A stretch of 64,000 bases of DNA. It comes from Candidatus Delongbacteria bacterium (GTDB lineage: Bacteria > CAIWAD01). Both the position numbers and the translations under genes were made by a program. Below are positions 21,272 to 32,300 of the stretch, piece by piece. Within the stretch, counting starts at the first letter, position 1. Each line of letters begins with the position of its first letter. A model generated the notes under the pieces. The model worked only from the letters and a program-made list of their open reading frames with translations. It searched no databases and was not told the origin of the DNA. The stretch is taken from contig OY760505.1 of NCBI GenBank assembly GCA_963663545.1, positions 2,496,001 to 2,560,000 of the forward strand, given 5' to 3'.

Positions 21272-23425
21272 TTAGGCGGCTCGCATTTCGGACAGGAAGG
21301 CGCTCATGGCTTCGCGCATTTCCTCGGCCTGTACCGAAAGCTGACCTGCGGCCTGAGCCACACCTCCAGCGATCGAGCCTGTACTGGCGGCGGCTTCGCT
21401 GACATCGGCGATGTTGCGTGTCACCTCGGTGGTGCCGGTGGCCGCTTGCTGTACATTTTGAGCAATCTCATTGGTGGTGACGGTTTGTTCTTCTACCGCA
21501 CTGGCGATGCTGGAACTGACCTCGCTGATTCGCTCGATGGTATCCTTGATGTTCAGGATGCTGTTGGTCGCCTGGTCGGTGGCCATCTGCACCTCGTGGA
21601 TGCGATTGGCGATGTTCTCGGTTGCCTCTGCAGTCTGGTTGGCCAGGGTTTTCACCTCGGCGGCCACCACGGCAAAGCCCTTGCCCGAATCACCGGCGCG
21701 TGCGGCTTCGATCGTTGCGTTCAGCGCCAGCAAGTTGGTCTGCTCGGCAATGGAGGTGATCAGCTCCAGAATCTCGCCAATCTGCCGGGCCGTGAGGTTG
21801 AGCGCCTCCATCTGTGCCGTGACTTCCACCGATCCACTGACGGCGCTGTTTGCTACCTGAACGGCACTACTCACCTGTTGACTGATTTCCAGCACCGTGG
21901 CGGAAAGCTCCTCGGCAGCACTGGCAACTACGGTGACGTTGGCGGCAGCCTGCTCCGCGGCTGCGGCCACGGCCACGCTGCGATCGCTGGTGGCACCGGC
22001 ATTGCTGCGCATGCTTTCGGCGTTCAGAGCCAGTTCGGTTGAGGCTGCGGAAACGGCTTCCATTACCGCCTGCATGGACTGCTCGATGCGGTCCGCCAAC
22101 TCCAGAGTGGCCTGGCGGCGTTCCGCTGCCGCTTTGCGCTGCAGCTCTTCCTGCTCCTGCTTGAGGCGCAAGTTGTCCTGGGCATTCTCTTTGAACACGC
22201 TCAGCGCCTGGGCCAGGTCGCCCACTTCATCCTGCTGATTCAGGAATCGAATTGATGTATCTAGTTCACCATCGGCAATGCTGCGCATGTCATCGCGGAT
22301 TTGCAGCAGCGGGCCTGAAATACTGGCGCCAATCCAGCGGCCAATTGCTAGGCAGCCAGCTGCAGCGGCGAGCAAGAGCAGCGCCATCCAACCCAGCAGG
22401 CTGTGCGCCGAGTGCAGGGCTTCCGCCTTGTCGATTTCAGCCAGCACCGACCAGCGAGTTCCGTGAAACTCTACGCTGTTGAAGGAGGAGAGAACGCTGA
22501 CGCCGCGATAATCGTCGCAGACAATGCAGTCCTTTCCGCCGGAGTTGGCGCTGCGCGTGGCCTCTGTGCGTACTTCGCGCTCCAGAATGGTGCTTTCGCT
22601 GGAGAAGCGGGAATCGGAGAGCATCAGGCCGTTCTGGCTCACGATGTAGCTTTCACCCGTTTCGCCCAGTCCGGCTGTTTCTTGCATGATGCCGTTGAGT
22701 TCGCCAATGGGCATCTGGAAGGCCAACACGCCCACCACCTGATTCTGACGATTGCGAATGGCCGTCCCAATGAAGGAGGCCGGCACGTCGTGCGAAGGTG
22801 CGTAGGGGTCGAAGTCGTCAAAGTAGACATGGTCCTCGGCATTCGCGGCGGCCAGCGCGGCCCGGAACGTCTCACCCAGGCCAGTATCCTTCCACTCGCC
22901 GTTGTTCAGGTTGGTGGCGTAATCGTACTCCTTGAACACGGTGTAGACCAGGTTGCCCTTGGTGTCAAAGAGGAAGATGTCGTAGTAGCCACGGCGCTCG
23001 AGGAAGTTCTTGAACCAGGGATGGAAGCGCTTGTGGAACTGGCTATAGGCGCTGCTATCCGGGGCAAACATCAACTGATGCTTTTCGCCCAGCGGATGCG
23101 GGTTGGCGTCAATGTACTGGTGCTGCAGATAGCCCATGGCGTCGCCGGTGCTGGCCTGCAGGCTGGCGTAGGCGTCCGAGTAGTCATAGAGGGCGTCCAG
23201 AGTCTGCTCGCTGGCCGCAGTTGTAATCAGGTCGTCCTCGATGGAGCCGAGGTAGTCGTTCAACTGGTTCGTGCGTGCGGCACAGACGGCGGTGAGTTTC
23301 GCTTTCTCGGAATTGAGCAGTGCATGGGAAGCCGCGAAGTAGGAAATGCTGCCTACAACAATTGCGGTCATGATGGCCAATCCTGCGAGGGCCAGGGGAA
23401 TGCGCTGTTTAATCGTGAGCTTCAT
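21272..23425 (-). CDS. Methyl-accepting chemotaxis protein 2 (large double-Cache-type sensor)
   Basis: About 310-aa periplasmic domain ([31 protein letters not shown]), HAMP and MCP signal domain. Confidence 0.96.
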   Translation of the reverse strand: MKLTIKQRIPLALAGLAIMTAIVVGSISYFAASHALLNSEKAKLTAVCAARTNQLNDYLGSIEDDLITTAASEQTLDALYDYSDAYASLQASTGDAMGYLQHQYIDANPHPLGEKHQLMFAPDSSAYSQFHKRFHPWFKNFLERRGYYDIFLFDTKGNLVYTVFKEYDYATNLNNGEWKDTGLGETFRAALAAANAEDHVYFDDFDPYAPSHDVPASFIGTAIRNRQNQVVGVLAFQMPIGELNGIMQETAGLGETGESYIVSQNGLMLSDSRFSSESTILEREVRTEATRSANSGGKDCIVCDDYRGVSVLSSFNSVEFHGTRWSVLAEIDKAEALHSAHSLLGWMALLLLAAAAGCLAIGRWIGASISGPLLQIRDDMRSIADGELDTSIRFLNQQDEVGDLAQALSVFKENAQDNLRLKQEQEELQRKAAAERRQATLELADRIEQSMQAVMEAVSAASTELALNAESMRSNAGATSDRSVAVAAAAEQAAANVTVVASAAEELSATVLEISQQVSSAVQVANSAVSGSVEVTAQMEALNLTARQIGEILELITSIAEQTNLLALNATIEAARAGDSGKGFAVVAAEVKTLANQTAEATENIANRIHEVQMATDQATNSILNIKDTIERISEVSSSIASAVEEQTVTTNEIAQNVQQAATGTTEVTRNIADVSEAAASTGSIAGGVAQAAGQLSVQAEEMREAMSAFLSEMRAA

Positions 23426-23531
23426 ACCTGATCTCCTGATGACCCAGGGTTCATGGTCGATGCCGGATGCGGGCCATGTTTTGTTTGCTGTTTCCAGGAA
23501 GCTGCAGGGTTACTTCCTCCGGCGAAGCAGA

Positions 23532-23559
23532 GTATCGGTGCAAACGTGAATCGATTTTA
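23532..23559 (-). promoter_or_regulatory. Sigma28-like promoter TAAA-N16-ACCGATAC
   Basis: Same spacing as the other four MCP promoters. Confidence 0.7.
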
Positions 23560-23672
23560 ACTTTGCGTGAAAATAGAGCTAATTTTATATCATAACGATG
23601 GTATTTGTTCAGAAATTGGCTTAGATGACACGGTGAGCTACTTTATTACAAATGGCGTGCGGCGTATGAAAA

Positions 23673-23691
23673 AGCCCCCGAAATGGGGGCT
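23673..23691 (-). terminator. Intrinsic terminator of MCP3
   Basis: AGCCCCC-gaaat-GGGGGCT preceded by an A-tract. Confidence 0.75.
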
Positions 23692-23718
23692 CGTTGTTCA
23701 CAGGATGGAAGAAAGTGG

Positions 23719-25413
23719 TTAGCTGCGGCGCATCTCTACCAGAAATGCGTTCATGGCTTCGCGCATAGATTCGGCCTGCAACGAAAGTTCACCTGCCGCA
23801 AGGGAGACGCTTTGCGCAATGGAGCCTGTGTTTCCGGCGGCCTCGTTGACATCGGCGATGTTGCGTGTCACGTCATTGGTGCCGGCAGCGGCCTGCTGCA
23901 CATTCTGAGCGATTTCGCTGGTGGTCGCGCTCTGCTCTTCCACGGCGCCTGCAATGCTGGAGGAGACTTCGCTGATGCGCTCGATGGTCTCGCGGATGGC
24001 CGCGATGCTGGTGGTGGCTTCTTTGGTGGCCTGCTGCACTTCGTTGATCTGGCGGGCGATGTCGTCGGTTGCCTCTGCGGTCTGGTTGGCTAGGGTTTTC
24101 ACCTCGGCGGCTACAACAGCGAAGCCCTTGCCCGATTCACCGGCGCGTGCCGCTTCGATGGTGGCGTTCAGCGCCAGCAGGTTGGTCTGCTCGGCAATGG
24201 AATTGATCAGTTCCAGAATCTCGCCAATTTGCCGTGCTGTGCGATTGAGTGCCTCCATCTGGTCACTGACTTTGACCGAGCCCACAACGGCATCGGTGGC
24301 GACCTGCACGGCGGTTGCCACTTGCTGGCTGATTTCGTTGACGGTTGCGGCTAGCTGCTCGGCTGCGCTGGCTACGGTGGCCACATTGGTTGCGGCTTCT
24401 TCGGCTGCGGCTGCAACCGTTGCGCTGCGATCGCTGGTGGCACCCGCGTTGTTCTGCATTTCTTCCGCGCTGTGCGCCAATTGGGTGGCTGCCGCCGCGA
24501 CGGACTCCATCACGCTCTGCATGCGTTCCTCAATGCGGTCGGCAAGTTGCAGTGTTGCCTGACGACGGTCCTCGGCCGCCTGACGTTCCGCCTGCTGCTG
24601 AGCGACCTTCAGCCGCTCTACTTCCTTGGAGTTTTCGCTCAGAATCATCAGCGCCTTGGCCAGGGTACCGATTTCATTGCTCTGTTCACTGGTCCCCAAT
24701 TCAATGTGAATGTCGTAGTCGCCGGAGCTAAGCTGATTCACTGCGCTTAGAATGGCAGCCAGGGGCTGAATGATTTTGCGCTGCACCACCAGGAAGGCGG
24801 TCACGCAGAGCGCAGCGCCCACGAGCGCGATGAAAAGGAAGATGATGTTCAGAGTGCTGCGATAGGCCTGAATGGCTTGATGGTCGCTTTCGGCTTCAGC
24901 TAGGCTGAAATCGGTCAGCGCATTCAAACCTTCGCGCATATCGCCGAAACTGGGCTCGTAGCGCTGACTGAAGTATTGCAGGCAAGCGTCCAGGTCCTCG
25001 GCTGCTACTAGCCGAAGCATTTCTGCCGTTGCCTTGGACCATGCCTCGTAGCGGGGATAGAACTGCTTGACCTGATCCTGCACGGCTGCCTTTTCGTCGG
25101 TCATTAATCCGGCAAAGACGTCGTAGCGTTGCTTGACCTGCTCGAGATTGGTGTTGACATCGTCTATCAGCGAGGCCGAGTTTGCCTCTTCGCCTATCCC
25201 CAGCCGCTGCAGCATGGTCGTCAGCGCCAGATTGGACTGGTAGGCGTCGCGATCCCCTTCCACCAGGCGGTTGATGGAGACCAGCCTGACGGTGTAGATC
25301 GAATCACTGCGCTTGCTGATTTGCATGGTGAATACTGCGGCAACGATCATTGCCAGCAGGGTGATGGCCGTCAGCGTGAGGATAATGCTGAGAATGCGGG
25401 ATTTGATAGACAT
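23719..25413 (-). CDS. Methyl-accepting chemotaxis protein 3 (four-helix-bundle-type sensor)
   Basis: All-helical periplasmic domain of about 160 aa between two TMs, HAMP and MCP signal domain. Confidence 0.95.
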   Translation of the reverse strand: MSIKSRILSIILTLTAITLLAMIVAAVFTMQISKRSDSIYTVRLVSINRLVEGDRDAYQSNLALTTMLQRLGIGEEANSASLIDDVNTNLEQVKQRYDVFAGLMTDEKAAVQDQVKQFYPRYEAWSKATAEMLRLVAAEDLDACLQYFSQRYEPSFGDMREGLNALTDFSLAEAESDHQAIQAYRSTLNIIFLFIALVGAALCVTAFLVVQRKIIQPLAAILSAVNQLSSGDYDIHIELGTSEQSNEIGTLAKALMILSENSKEVERLKVAQQQAERQAAEDRRQATLQLADRIEERMQSVMESVAAAATQLAHSAEEMQNNAGATSDRSATVAAAAEEAATNVATVASAAEQLAATVNEISQQVATAVQVATDAVVGSVKVSDQMEALNRTARQIGEILELINSIAEQTNLLALNATIEAARAGESGKGFAVVAAEVKTLANQTAEATDDIARQINEVQQATKEATTSIAAIRETIERISEVSSSIAGAVEEQSATTSEIAQNVQQAAAGTNDVTRNIADVNEAAGNTGSIAQSVSLAAGELSLQAESMREAMNAFLVEMRRS

Positions 25414-25456
25414 GGTAGGCTCCGAGGGTAACTAGCATCGTTAAAAGTACGCGTTA

Positions 25457-25484
25457 TTATCGACGAGCTAAGGGGCCAGATTCA
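25457..25484 (-). promoter_or_regulatory. Sigma28-like promoter TGAA-N16-GTCGATAA
   Basis: Near-consensus -10 (GCCGATAA) with the same spacing as the others. Confidence 0.75.
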
Positions 25485-25549
25485 GCGCTTTCCAGTTCGC
25501 CGTACTTCACTCGACTCCATAGACACATAGGGAGCGCGGAATGAAAAAA

Positions 25550-25574
25550 CCCCCTGCAGCAGTACTACAGGGGG
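25550..25574 (-). terminator. Intrinsic terminator of MCP4
   Basis: CCCCCTG...CAGGGGG stem preceded by AAAAAA. Confidence 0.75.
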
Positions 25575-25598
25575 CGAGGTTCATTCTTGGTTGGCGCT

Positions 25599-27296
25599 TT
25601 ATCGACGCATTTCCACCAGGAAGCTGTCCATGGCCTCGCGCATTTCTTCGGCCTGCATGGAAAGCTGTCCCGCGGCCTGCGAAACGTTCTGCGCAATTGA
25701 ACCCGTGTTGCTGGCGGCGTCGCTAACCTCGGCAATGTTGCGTGTTACATCATTGGTGCCCGATGCGGCCTGCTGCACATTCTGAGCGATTTCGCTGGTG
25801 GTCGCACTCTGCTCTTCCACAGCACCGGCGATGCTCGAAGACACTTCGCTGATGCGCTCGATGGTTTCGCGAATGGCCTGAATGCTGGCGGTGGCTTCCT
25901 TTGTTGCTTGCTGTACCTCGTTGATCTGGCGAGCGATATCGTCGGTGGCCTCCGCCGTCTGGTTGGCCAACGTCTTCACTTCGGCGGCCACCACGGCAAA
26001 GCCCTTTCCTGATTCACCGGCGCGAGCGGCCTCGATGGTCGCATTCAGCGCCAGCAGATTGGTCTGCTCGGCAATGCTGTTGATCAGTTCCAGAATCTCG
26101 CCGATCTGCCGCGCGGTACCGTTAAGGGCTTCCATTTGAGCAGAAACCTTGACCGAGCCGTTGACGGCTTCGGTGGCCACCTGGACCGCCGTTGCCACCT
26201 GCTGACTGATCTCGTTCACCGTTGTCGCCAGCTCTTCGGCCGCACTGGCGACTGTGGCCACATTGGTGGCGGCTTCTTCTGCTGCTGCGGCCACCGTGAC
26301 ACTGCGATCGCTGGTAGCGCCCGCGTTGGTCTGCATTTCCTCGGCACTGTGGGCCAACTCGGTGGCTGCTGCCGCAACCGATTCCATCACGCTCTGCATG
26401 CGTTCTTCGATGCGATCGGCCAGATCCAGAATTGCACGCCGACGATCTTCCGCCGCCTGTTTCTCCATACGTTCCTGGTCTTCGCGCAGGCGCAGGTTAT
26501 CGAGGGCGTTTTCTTTGAAGACGCTTAGCGCACGGGCCAACGCGCCTATTTCATTCTGTCGCTCGCTGAACATGATATCGATGTCCAGTTCACCATCTGC
26601 CAGGCGACCCATGTCTTTCGTAATACTGGCGAGGGGAGTGTTGATCATTCTGATCACTGCGCTGGCAAGCAGCACCAGAACCAGCAGCATGGCCAGCAAC
26701 AGGGCGCTCAAGACACCGAACGATTGCCAGAAGGCTTTGGATACGTCGTTCGTGTAGACGCCCGAGCAGATCATCCAACCCCAATCCTTGAACAAATGGG
26801 CGGCTCCCAATTTGGGGCTGCCGGCATCTTCGCCAGGGCGCGGCCAGACATAGTGCACGTAGCCACGTCCATTGGCCGAGGCAAGCACTTGTTCCTTCAA
26901 TTTGCGCAAGTGGTAGATGCGCTTCTTGCTCTTGTCCTGCAGCTGATCCATGTTGTTTCCAACCAGTCCCTGACTGATGGGGTGCATCAGCATCGTGTTC
27001 TCGGAATCGGTGATGTAAATGTAGTCGCCGTTGCCGAAGCGCATGGCTCCAATGGCTCGCATTGCCTCATGTTGGGCCTGTTCGATGGGGAGCTCTCCCA
27101 GCTTCGCCTCTTCTGCGAAACTCGCAGCCACATTGACCGCGCACTCCAAGATGTGGTCCACTTCGGTTGTGAAGTCCTTCAAGGTGTCGCGCTTTTCCAT
27201 TAACGCGCTGATCAGCATCATCACAACCAGGGCGAACCCACTAATCCAAACGATCAGACGAATCTGATGGCCGAGCTTCATTCCGGTAATCTGCAT
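25599..27296 (-). CDS. Methyl-accepting chemotaxis protein 4 (single Cache sensor)
   Basis: Start moved to ATG 27296 (GGAGGAG RBS); sCache, HAMP and MCP signal domain. Confidence 0.96.
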   Translation of the reverse strand: MQITGMKLGHQIRLIVWISGFALVVMMLISALMEKRDTLKDFTTEVDHILECAVNVAASFAEEAKLGELPIEQAQHEAMRAIGAMRFGNGDYIYITDSENTMLMHPISQGLVGNNMDQLQDKSKKRIYHLRKLKEQVLASANGRGYVHYVWPRPGEDAGSPKLGAAHLFKDWGWMICSGVYTNDVSKAFWQSFGVLSALLLAMLLVLVLLASAVIRMINTPLASITKDMGRLADGELDIDIMFSERQNEIGALARALSVFKENALDNLRLREDQERMEKQAAEDRRRAILDLADRIEERMQSVMESVAAAATELAHSAEEMQTNAGATSDRSVTVAAAAEEAATNVATVASAAEELATTVNEISQQVATAVQVATEAVNGSVKVSAQMEALNGTARQIGEILELINSIAEQTNLLALNATIEAARAGESGKGFAVVAAEVKTLANQTAEATDDIARQINEVQQATKEATASIQAIRETIERISEVSSSIAGAVEEQSATTSEIAQNVQQAASGTNDVTRNIAEVSDAASNTGSIAQNVSQAAGQLSMQAEEMREAMDSFLVEMRR

Positions 27297-27343
27297 CCTA
27301 CTCCTCCGAGGCTTTACTGGCCCCTTCTCCCTGTGGTATCCTA

Positions 27344-27371
27344 ACATCGGCATAGGAAGAATTGCTATTCA
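27344..27371 (-). promoter_or_regulatory. Sigma28-like promoter TGAA-N16-GCCGATGT
   Basis: Same architecture as the other MCP promoters. Confidence 0.75.
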
Positions 27372-27475
27372 GTTGATTTTTGAATTATTGCGTTACGATT
27401 AACGAATTTGAATAATTTTCAAGCGTTATTTGCTCATGTTTCAGTGAATGTCTACTGGAGAAGTTCAAAGCCGCA

Positions 27476-27508
27476 AAGCCCTCCTCGTACTTGGCACAAG
27501 GAGGGCTT
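27476..27508 (-). terminator. Intrinsic terminator of MCP5
   Basis: AAGCCCTCCT...AGGAGGGCTT inverted repeat. Confidence 0.7.
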
Positions 27509-27531
27509 CACGGTTCAGTTCGATTCTATAA

Positions 27532-29232
27532 CTACTCTCTGCGCATCTCCACCAGGAAGCTGTCCATTGCCTCGCGCATTTCTTCTGCCTGATGGGAAAG
27601 CTGTCCCGCAGCCTGCGACACGTTCTGCGCAATCATTCCCGTGCTGTTGGCAGCCTCGCTGACGTCGGCGATGTTGCGCGTTACGTCATTGGTTCCTGCT
27701 GCCGCCTGCTGCACGTTCTGCGCAATTTCGTTGGTGGTGGCACTTTGCTCTTCCACCGCGCCAGCGATGCTGGACGAAACCTCGCTGATGCGCTCAATGG
27801 TTTCGCGAATGGATGCAATGCTGACGGTGGCTTCCTTGGTGGCTTGCTGCACTTCGTTGATCTGGCGAGCGATGTCGTCAGTGGCCTCAGCCGTTTGATT
27901 GGCCAAAGTTTTCACTTCGGCGGCCACCACGGCAAAGCCCTTGCCCGACTCACCCGCGCGCGCTGCCTCGATAGTAGCGTTCAGGGCCAGTAGATTGGTC
28001 TGCTCGGCAATGGAATTGATCAGCTCCAGGATTTCGCCAATCTGCCGTGCCGTTCCGTTGAGCGCCTCCATCTGGGCCGAGACCTTCACCGATCCGTTGA
28101 CCGCTTCGCTGGCAACTTGTACCGCATTCGCCACCTGCTGGCTGATCTCGTTCACCGTAGTCGCCAGTTCTTCGGCAGCGCTGGCAACGGTAGCGACGTT
28201 CGCAGCTGCCTGCTCGGCGGCGGCGGCCACGGTTGCACTTCGATCACTTGTAGCACCGGCGTTGTTCTGCATTTCCTCGGCACTGTGAGCCAGCTCGGTT
28301 GCTGCCGCTGCGACGCTTTCCATCACGCCCTGCATGCTGCCCTCGATGCGGTCGGCCAGCTGCAGTGTAGCCCGTCGACGCTCCGCCGCGGCCTCCTGCT
28401 GCATGCGTTCCTGCTCCTTGCGCAGAGCCTGGTTTTCCTGGGCATTGGTTTTGAACACAGCCAAGGCCTTTGCCAGATCGCCAATCTCGTTCTTGCGCTC
28501 GGAGAACTTGATATCGATATCCAGCTCGCCTTTAGCCAGGCGTCCCATATCTTGAGTGATGCTGGCCAGGGGTGTGTTGATAAGCTTGATGATAATGCCC
28601 GACAAGAGCACCAGAATCATCAGCATGGCCAGCAGAATAGCGCTGAGCACGCCGAAGGATTTCCAGAAGGCGGCGGAGACATCATTTAAATAGACGCCGG
28701 AGCAGATCATCCAGCCCCATTCGGGGAAGATATGTGCGGCACCTAGTTTGGGACTGGGCGTGTTCTCGCCGGGGCGCGGCCAGTAGTAGTGGACATAGCC
28801 ACGGCCGTCGGCAGAGGCGTGAGCGTTTTCCTTGAGCACGCGAAAGAGGTAGATCTTGTTGCGCCCCTTGTCCTGCTCGTTGTTCATGTCCTGGCCCTCG
28901 AGCTCTGGCTTGACAGGGTGCATCAGCATGATGTTCTCGGCATCCGTCACGTAGAGGTAATCGCCGTGACCGAACTTCATGCCGCGAATGGCTTCCATGG
29001 CAAAGGTTTGTGCCTCTTCCAACGACAGCGTACCGGCCTTTGCCTGCGCGGCATAGGTGCCCGCTATATTGCTGGCGCATTCAATGATGTGATCCACTTC
29101 GCGCACAAAGCCTTTGCGTGTGTCATGGCGCGTCATCATGGCACTTATCAGCATCAACAAGACGAATGCAGCGCCGCTGATCCAGACAATGATCCGGATC
29201 TGCTGCCCAATTTTCATGCCGGTAATCTTCAT
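27532..29232 (-). CDS. Methyl-accepting chemotaxis protein 5 (single Cache sensor; close paralog of MCP4)
   Basis: Start moved to ATG 29232 (GGAGG RBS); colinear with MCP4 over its full length. Confidence 0.96.
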   Translation of the reverse strand: MKITGMKIGQQIRIIVWISGAAFVLLMLISAMMTRHDTRKGFVREVDHIIECASNIAGTYAAQAKAGTLSLEEAQTFAMEAIRGMKFGHGDYLYVTDAENIMLMHPVKPELEGQDMNNEQDKGRNKIYLFRVLKENAHASADGRGYVHYYWPRPGENTPSPKLGAAHIFPEWGWMICSGVYLNDVSAAFWKSFGVLSAILLAMLMILVLLSGIIIKLINTPLASITQDMGRLAKGELDIDIKFSERKNEIGDLAKALAVFKTNAQENQALRKEQERMQQEAAAERRRATLQLADRIEGSMQGVMESVAAAATELAHSAEEMQNNAGATSDRSATVAAAAEQAAANVATVASAAEELATTVNEISQQVANAVQVASEAVNGSVKVSAQMEALNGTARQIGEILELINSIAEQTNLLALNATIEAARAGESGKGFAVVAAEVKTLANQTAEATDDIARQINEVQQATKEATVSIASIRETIERISEVSSSIAGAVEEQSATTNEIAQNVQQAAAGTNDVTRNIADVSEAANSTGMIAQNVSQAAGQLSHQAEEMREAMDSFLVEMRRE

Positions 29233-29261
29233 CGTTCCTCCGCGTTCTCCAAGGTGCTGTA

Positions 29262-29289
29262 ACATCGGCATTAATACAGACGTTATTGA
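29262..29289 (-). promoter_or_regulatory. Sigma28-like promoter TCAA-N16-GCCGATGT
   Basis: Same architecture as the other MCP promoters. Confidence 0.75.
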
Positions 29290-29306
29290 TTGCTGCAGGC
29301 AAAGAA

Positions 29307-29332
29307 AAGCCCCCGACCATGGCCGGGGGCTT
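29307..29332 (-). terminator. Intrinsic terminator
   Basis: AAGCCCCCG...CGGGGGCTT preceded by AAAGAA. Confidence 0.8.
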
Positions 29333-29351
29333 GCTGTGATTCATGAACGAT

Positions 29352-32300
29352 CTACTTCATCAACATCAGCTTCATCTGTTCCTGCACCCCATCCGCGTGC
29401 AACTGCATGATGTACATGCCCGAGGCAAGGTTTGCGGCCTCCCAAACAACTTCGTGCTCTCCTGCAGGAAGCCGTTGTCCAGCCAACAGGTTGCCAACCA
29501 ACTGGCCACGCAGGTTGTACACGCGCAATGACACAGGACCTGCCTGGGCCAGCTCGAAGGCGATGCGCGTCGACGGGTTGAAGGGGTTGGGCCACGCACC
29601 ACAAAGGCGAGTGCTTGTGGGCAAGGTCGCATGTGATACATCGGTACTCACATTCATGGACAATGGTACGACGATGTTCGGCTGCTCCGTGCTGTTGATC
29701 GAAATCACCAGGCTCATATTGTATTCGCCGTCGGGGACGAGAAAGCCGGGGCTGCTCGTGAAGGTCAGGGGAAGTGTGGTGGATTCTCCATCCCAAAGGA
29801 TGCCTTCCGCATCAATGGGCAGAGAGACCCAGCCGGGCGGTGTCAGCGTTGCGCACCAGGGCTCGCGATCGGCGATACTCTCGTTGTAGAGGAGCGTCAA
29901 GCCCTCTGTGGTGGTGCCCTGAATGCCTATAGTGCCGCTATCGCCTTCGTCATAGATCTCACTATCTGTGTTCAGCACTTGCAGAGTGATTTCGCCCAGA
30001 CGGTGCATGATGATCTGGAAAGTAAAGGGGCCGCCATGACTGAAGGGATTGTAGTGCGGTACATCCTGCCAGGTGACAACCAGGCTGTCGCTGCCGTCGC
30101 TCCACCACCAACAGTAGCCGGCGGTGTTGGGCTCGGGCTTCAAATTGTCCCACCATCCTGCCACGATAAACTCAGGAGCACTGGCGGAAGGAAGCTCCGT
30201 GTTATTCGGGTAGGCGTCGCCGTCGCTAAAGGCGATGTAGCCATTGGGGCTGATGCGGAAATCGTTGCAGCGCCTGCCGTATAAGTGCACAAACATGCCG
30301 GGATCAATCAAAGCGGAGCACGAATCGTGATGAGCAAAAGTGACTGCGTGCCCGTCGGCTTCATGATCCACCCAGTTGAACTCGGGACCATCGGCTTCCG
30401 CGTTGTCCTTCCAGGTGTAACCAAAGGAATCTGGTCCGCCGGAGTCGCGGCTTGGATTTTCAAGATGCGCTGACCAGACCAAGGGCATCTGGCCCAGGTT
30501 TTCCAGCAGCAAGTCTACACTCTGTTCGCCTTCGTCGTAGAAGCTGACGCTGACGCTTTCCATGCTGATGCCCAGTTCCGGCGGAGACAAGGCACCGCTG
30601 AGGGTCGTTGTGAGCAGGATGGCGCGTCCATCGGCGATGCTATGCATAGTGGAGTTCAAGACGTGGTAGTTGAGCAGGTTCAGGCCGACGTTCGATTCGT
30701 GATTCTTGATTCCTACGCTGCAATAAGGGAAGTCGGTGCTTGCGTTTTGATTGTCATTGAAGTCGGCATACTGGAACAAGAAGCTTCCATCGCCCGTGAT
30801 CGTCGGGTAGTAGGCCGGGTCGTTCAGTAGCAACTGGAATGTGTTGGGGCCACCGCTGGAGTTGGCGGACAGGTTGTTCCAGGTGAAGACGGCACGGTTC
30901 ATCTCTTCATCGTACCAGTAATAGACTCCGTTTGTAGTGGAAGTACTGCCGGTCAGGTGGTCATCCCACATCGGGGCGATCATGGCATCGGGGCCGATGG
31001 CAGAGGGGAAATAGTGATTGCGGAAATCCACTTCGCCGAAGCCATTCTCCGCGAAGGAGATAAAGCCGTTGGAGCAGACAAAGACGCGGTCGTAGTCCTG
31101 ACCATAGAAAGTGAAGGTGAAGGGCAGGTCCATCCAGAGGGCGTCGTCTTGCTCGTTGCCGCCATCGTAGATGTCCAGTCGCTCGCCCGAACCTCCATTT
31201 TGCGGAACGATTTCCACCCACTCGTATTCGGGGGCCATGTCGTAGCCCGTGTCCAGATCTTCAAAAGCCCAGTAGCCGTAGCTGTCGGGGCCAGTCGGGT
31301 CGTTTGCCGTCGGCGTGCCAATGTCAAGTGAAAGCTCGGTGCTGCCCAGCATGTTGAGGCTACCGGAAACCCAGCTCAGGCGCATGGGTGCCTGCATGCC
31401 CGGTACGGCCAAATCGCTCAGGGATACGGTGAAACTCAGATTCTCGTAATCCCCCGGAGCAAAAGCGTTAACGGTGATGGGTAAAGTGTCCTCAACACTC
31501 ACCATCGAGGCTATCAACCCCTCGAGAGTGAAGCTAAGATCGTCGGTCTGGGAGCCTACGTTTTCGACACGAAGAACCACTTCGGCTGTGTCACCTGGAT
31601 CGGGAGAACCCGCGGGGAAGCTGATGACCCGGATTTCCGGCAGAGCGCTACCGACAACAAGCGGCAAACGGTAGTCGTGCGTAGATGTACCGACAACAAC
31701 ACTCAACTGCAAGGGTAGCACTTGACCGTCGGCCAGTTCCTGCGGAACGGAAAGCGTGTATCCATCGAGGATTGTATCACCGTCGGGTGCCAAGGTGATG
31801 CTGCCGGACGGAGTGCCACTGAGAGTGCCGAATTCCTCCGCCAGGCTGAGGAAGACGTTGTCGATCTCAAGGGTGGAAGCTCCTTCATTGCGCAGTGTCA
31901 GGCTCAACGTCTGATCGCTCGTGCCAGGAACGATGTGGTCGTTTGAGCCGAAGCTCCACCCGGCAAGGGTCAGGCCCAGGCCTGCTACAACATCTACGCT
32001 CTGTGATACAGGCGCATAGAGTTGGTGATACATGGTAATCTGCAGGCTGCCTGTGTCAATGTCAGACAGATCAAAGAACACACGACCATTCTCATCGCTC
32101 ATTTCTACGAGCTGAAGCTCATCCGTGAAGTTCTCTTGATACAGGCAGACCGCTACTTCGCTTACGGGAACGCCGTCACTGCTCAGAATCAGCTCGAGTC
32201 CCGGATTGTTCACATCGATCTCGTCCGGTAACACAGTGTCAAACTCACCGGGAGTACCCAGCCACATTGTCGTGCCGGGATCACCCATTAAGTTTGCCCA

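Noticed and set aside
27297..27353. Shared MPML N-terminal extensions of MCP4 and MCP5 (also 29233-29271) in the ORF track
   Set aside because: The shared ATGCCGATGTTA is the sigma28 -10 box, and strong RBSs lie at the downstream ATGs.
19286..29232. MCP repeats as DGR template/variable repeats or recent gene-conversion cassettes
   Set aside because: Differences are mostly synonymous and not adenine-specific, there is no reverse transcriptase or recombinase, and every copy is an intact gene.
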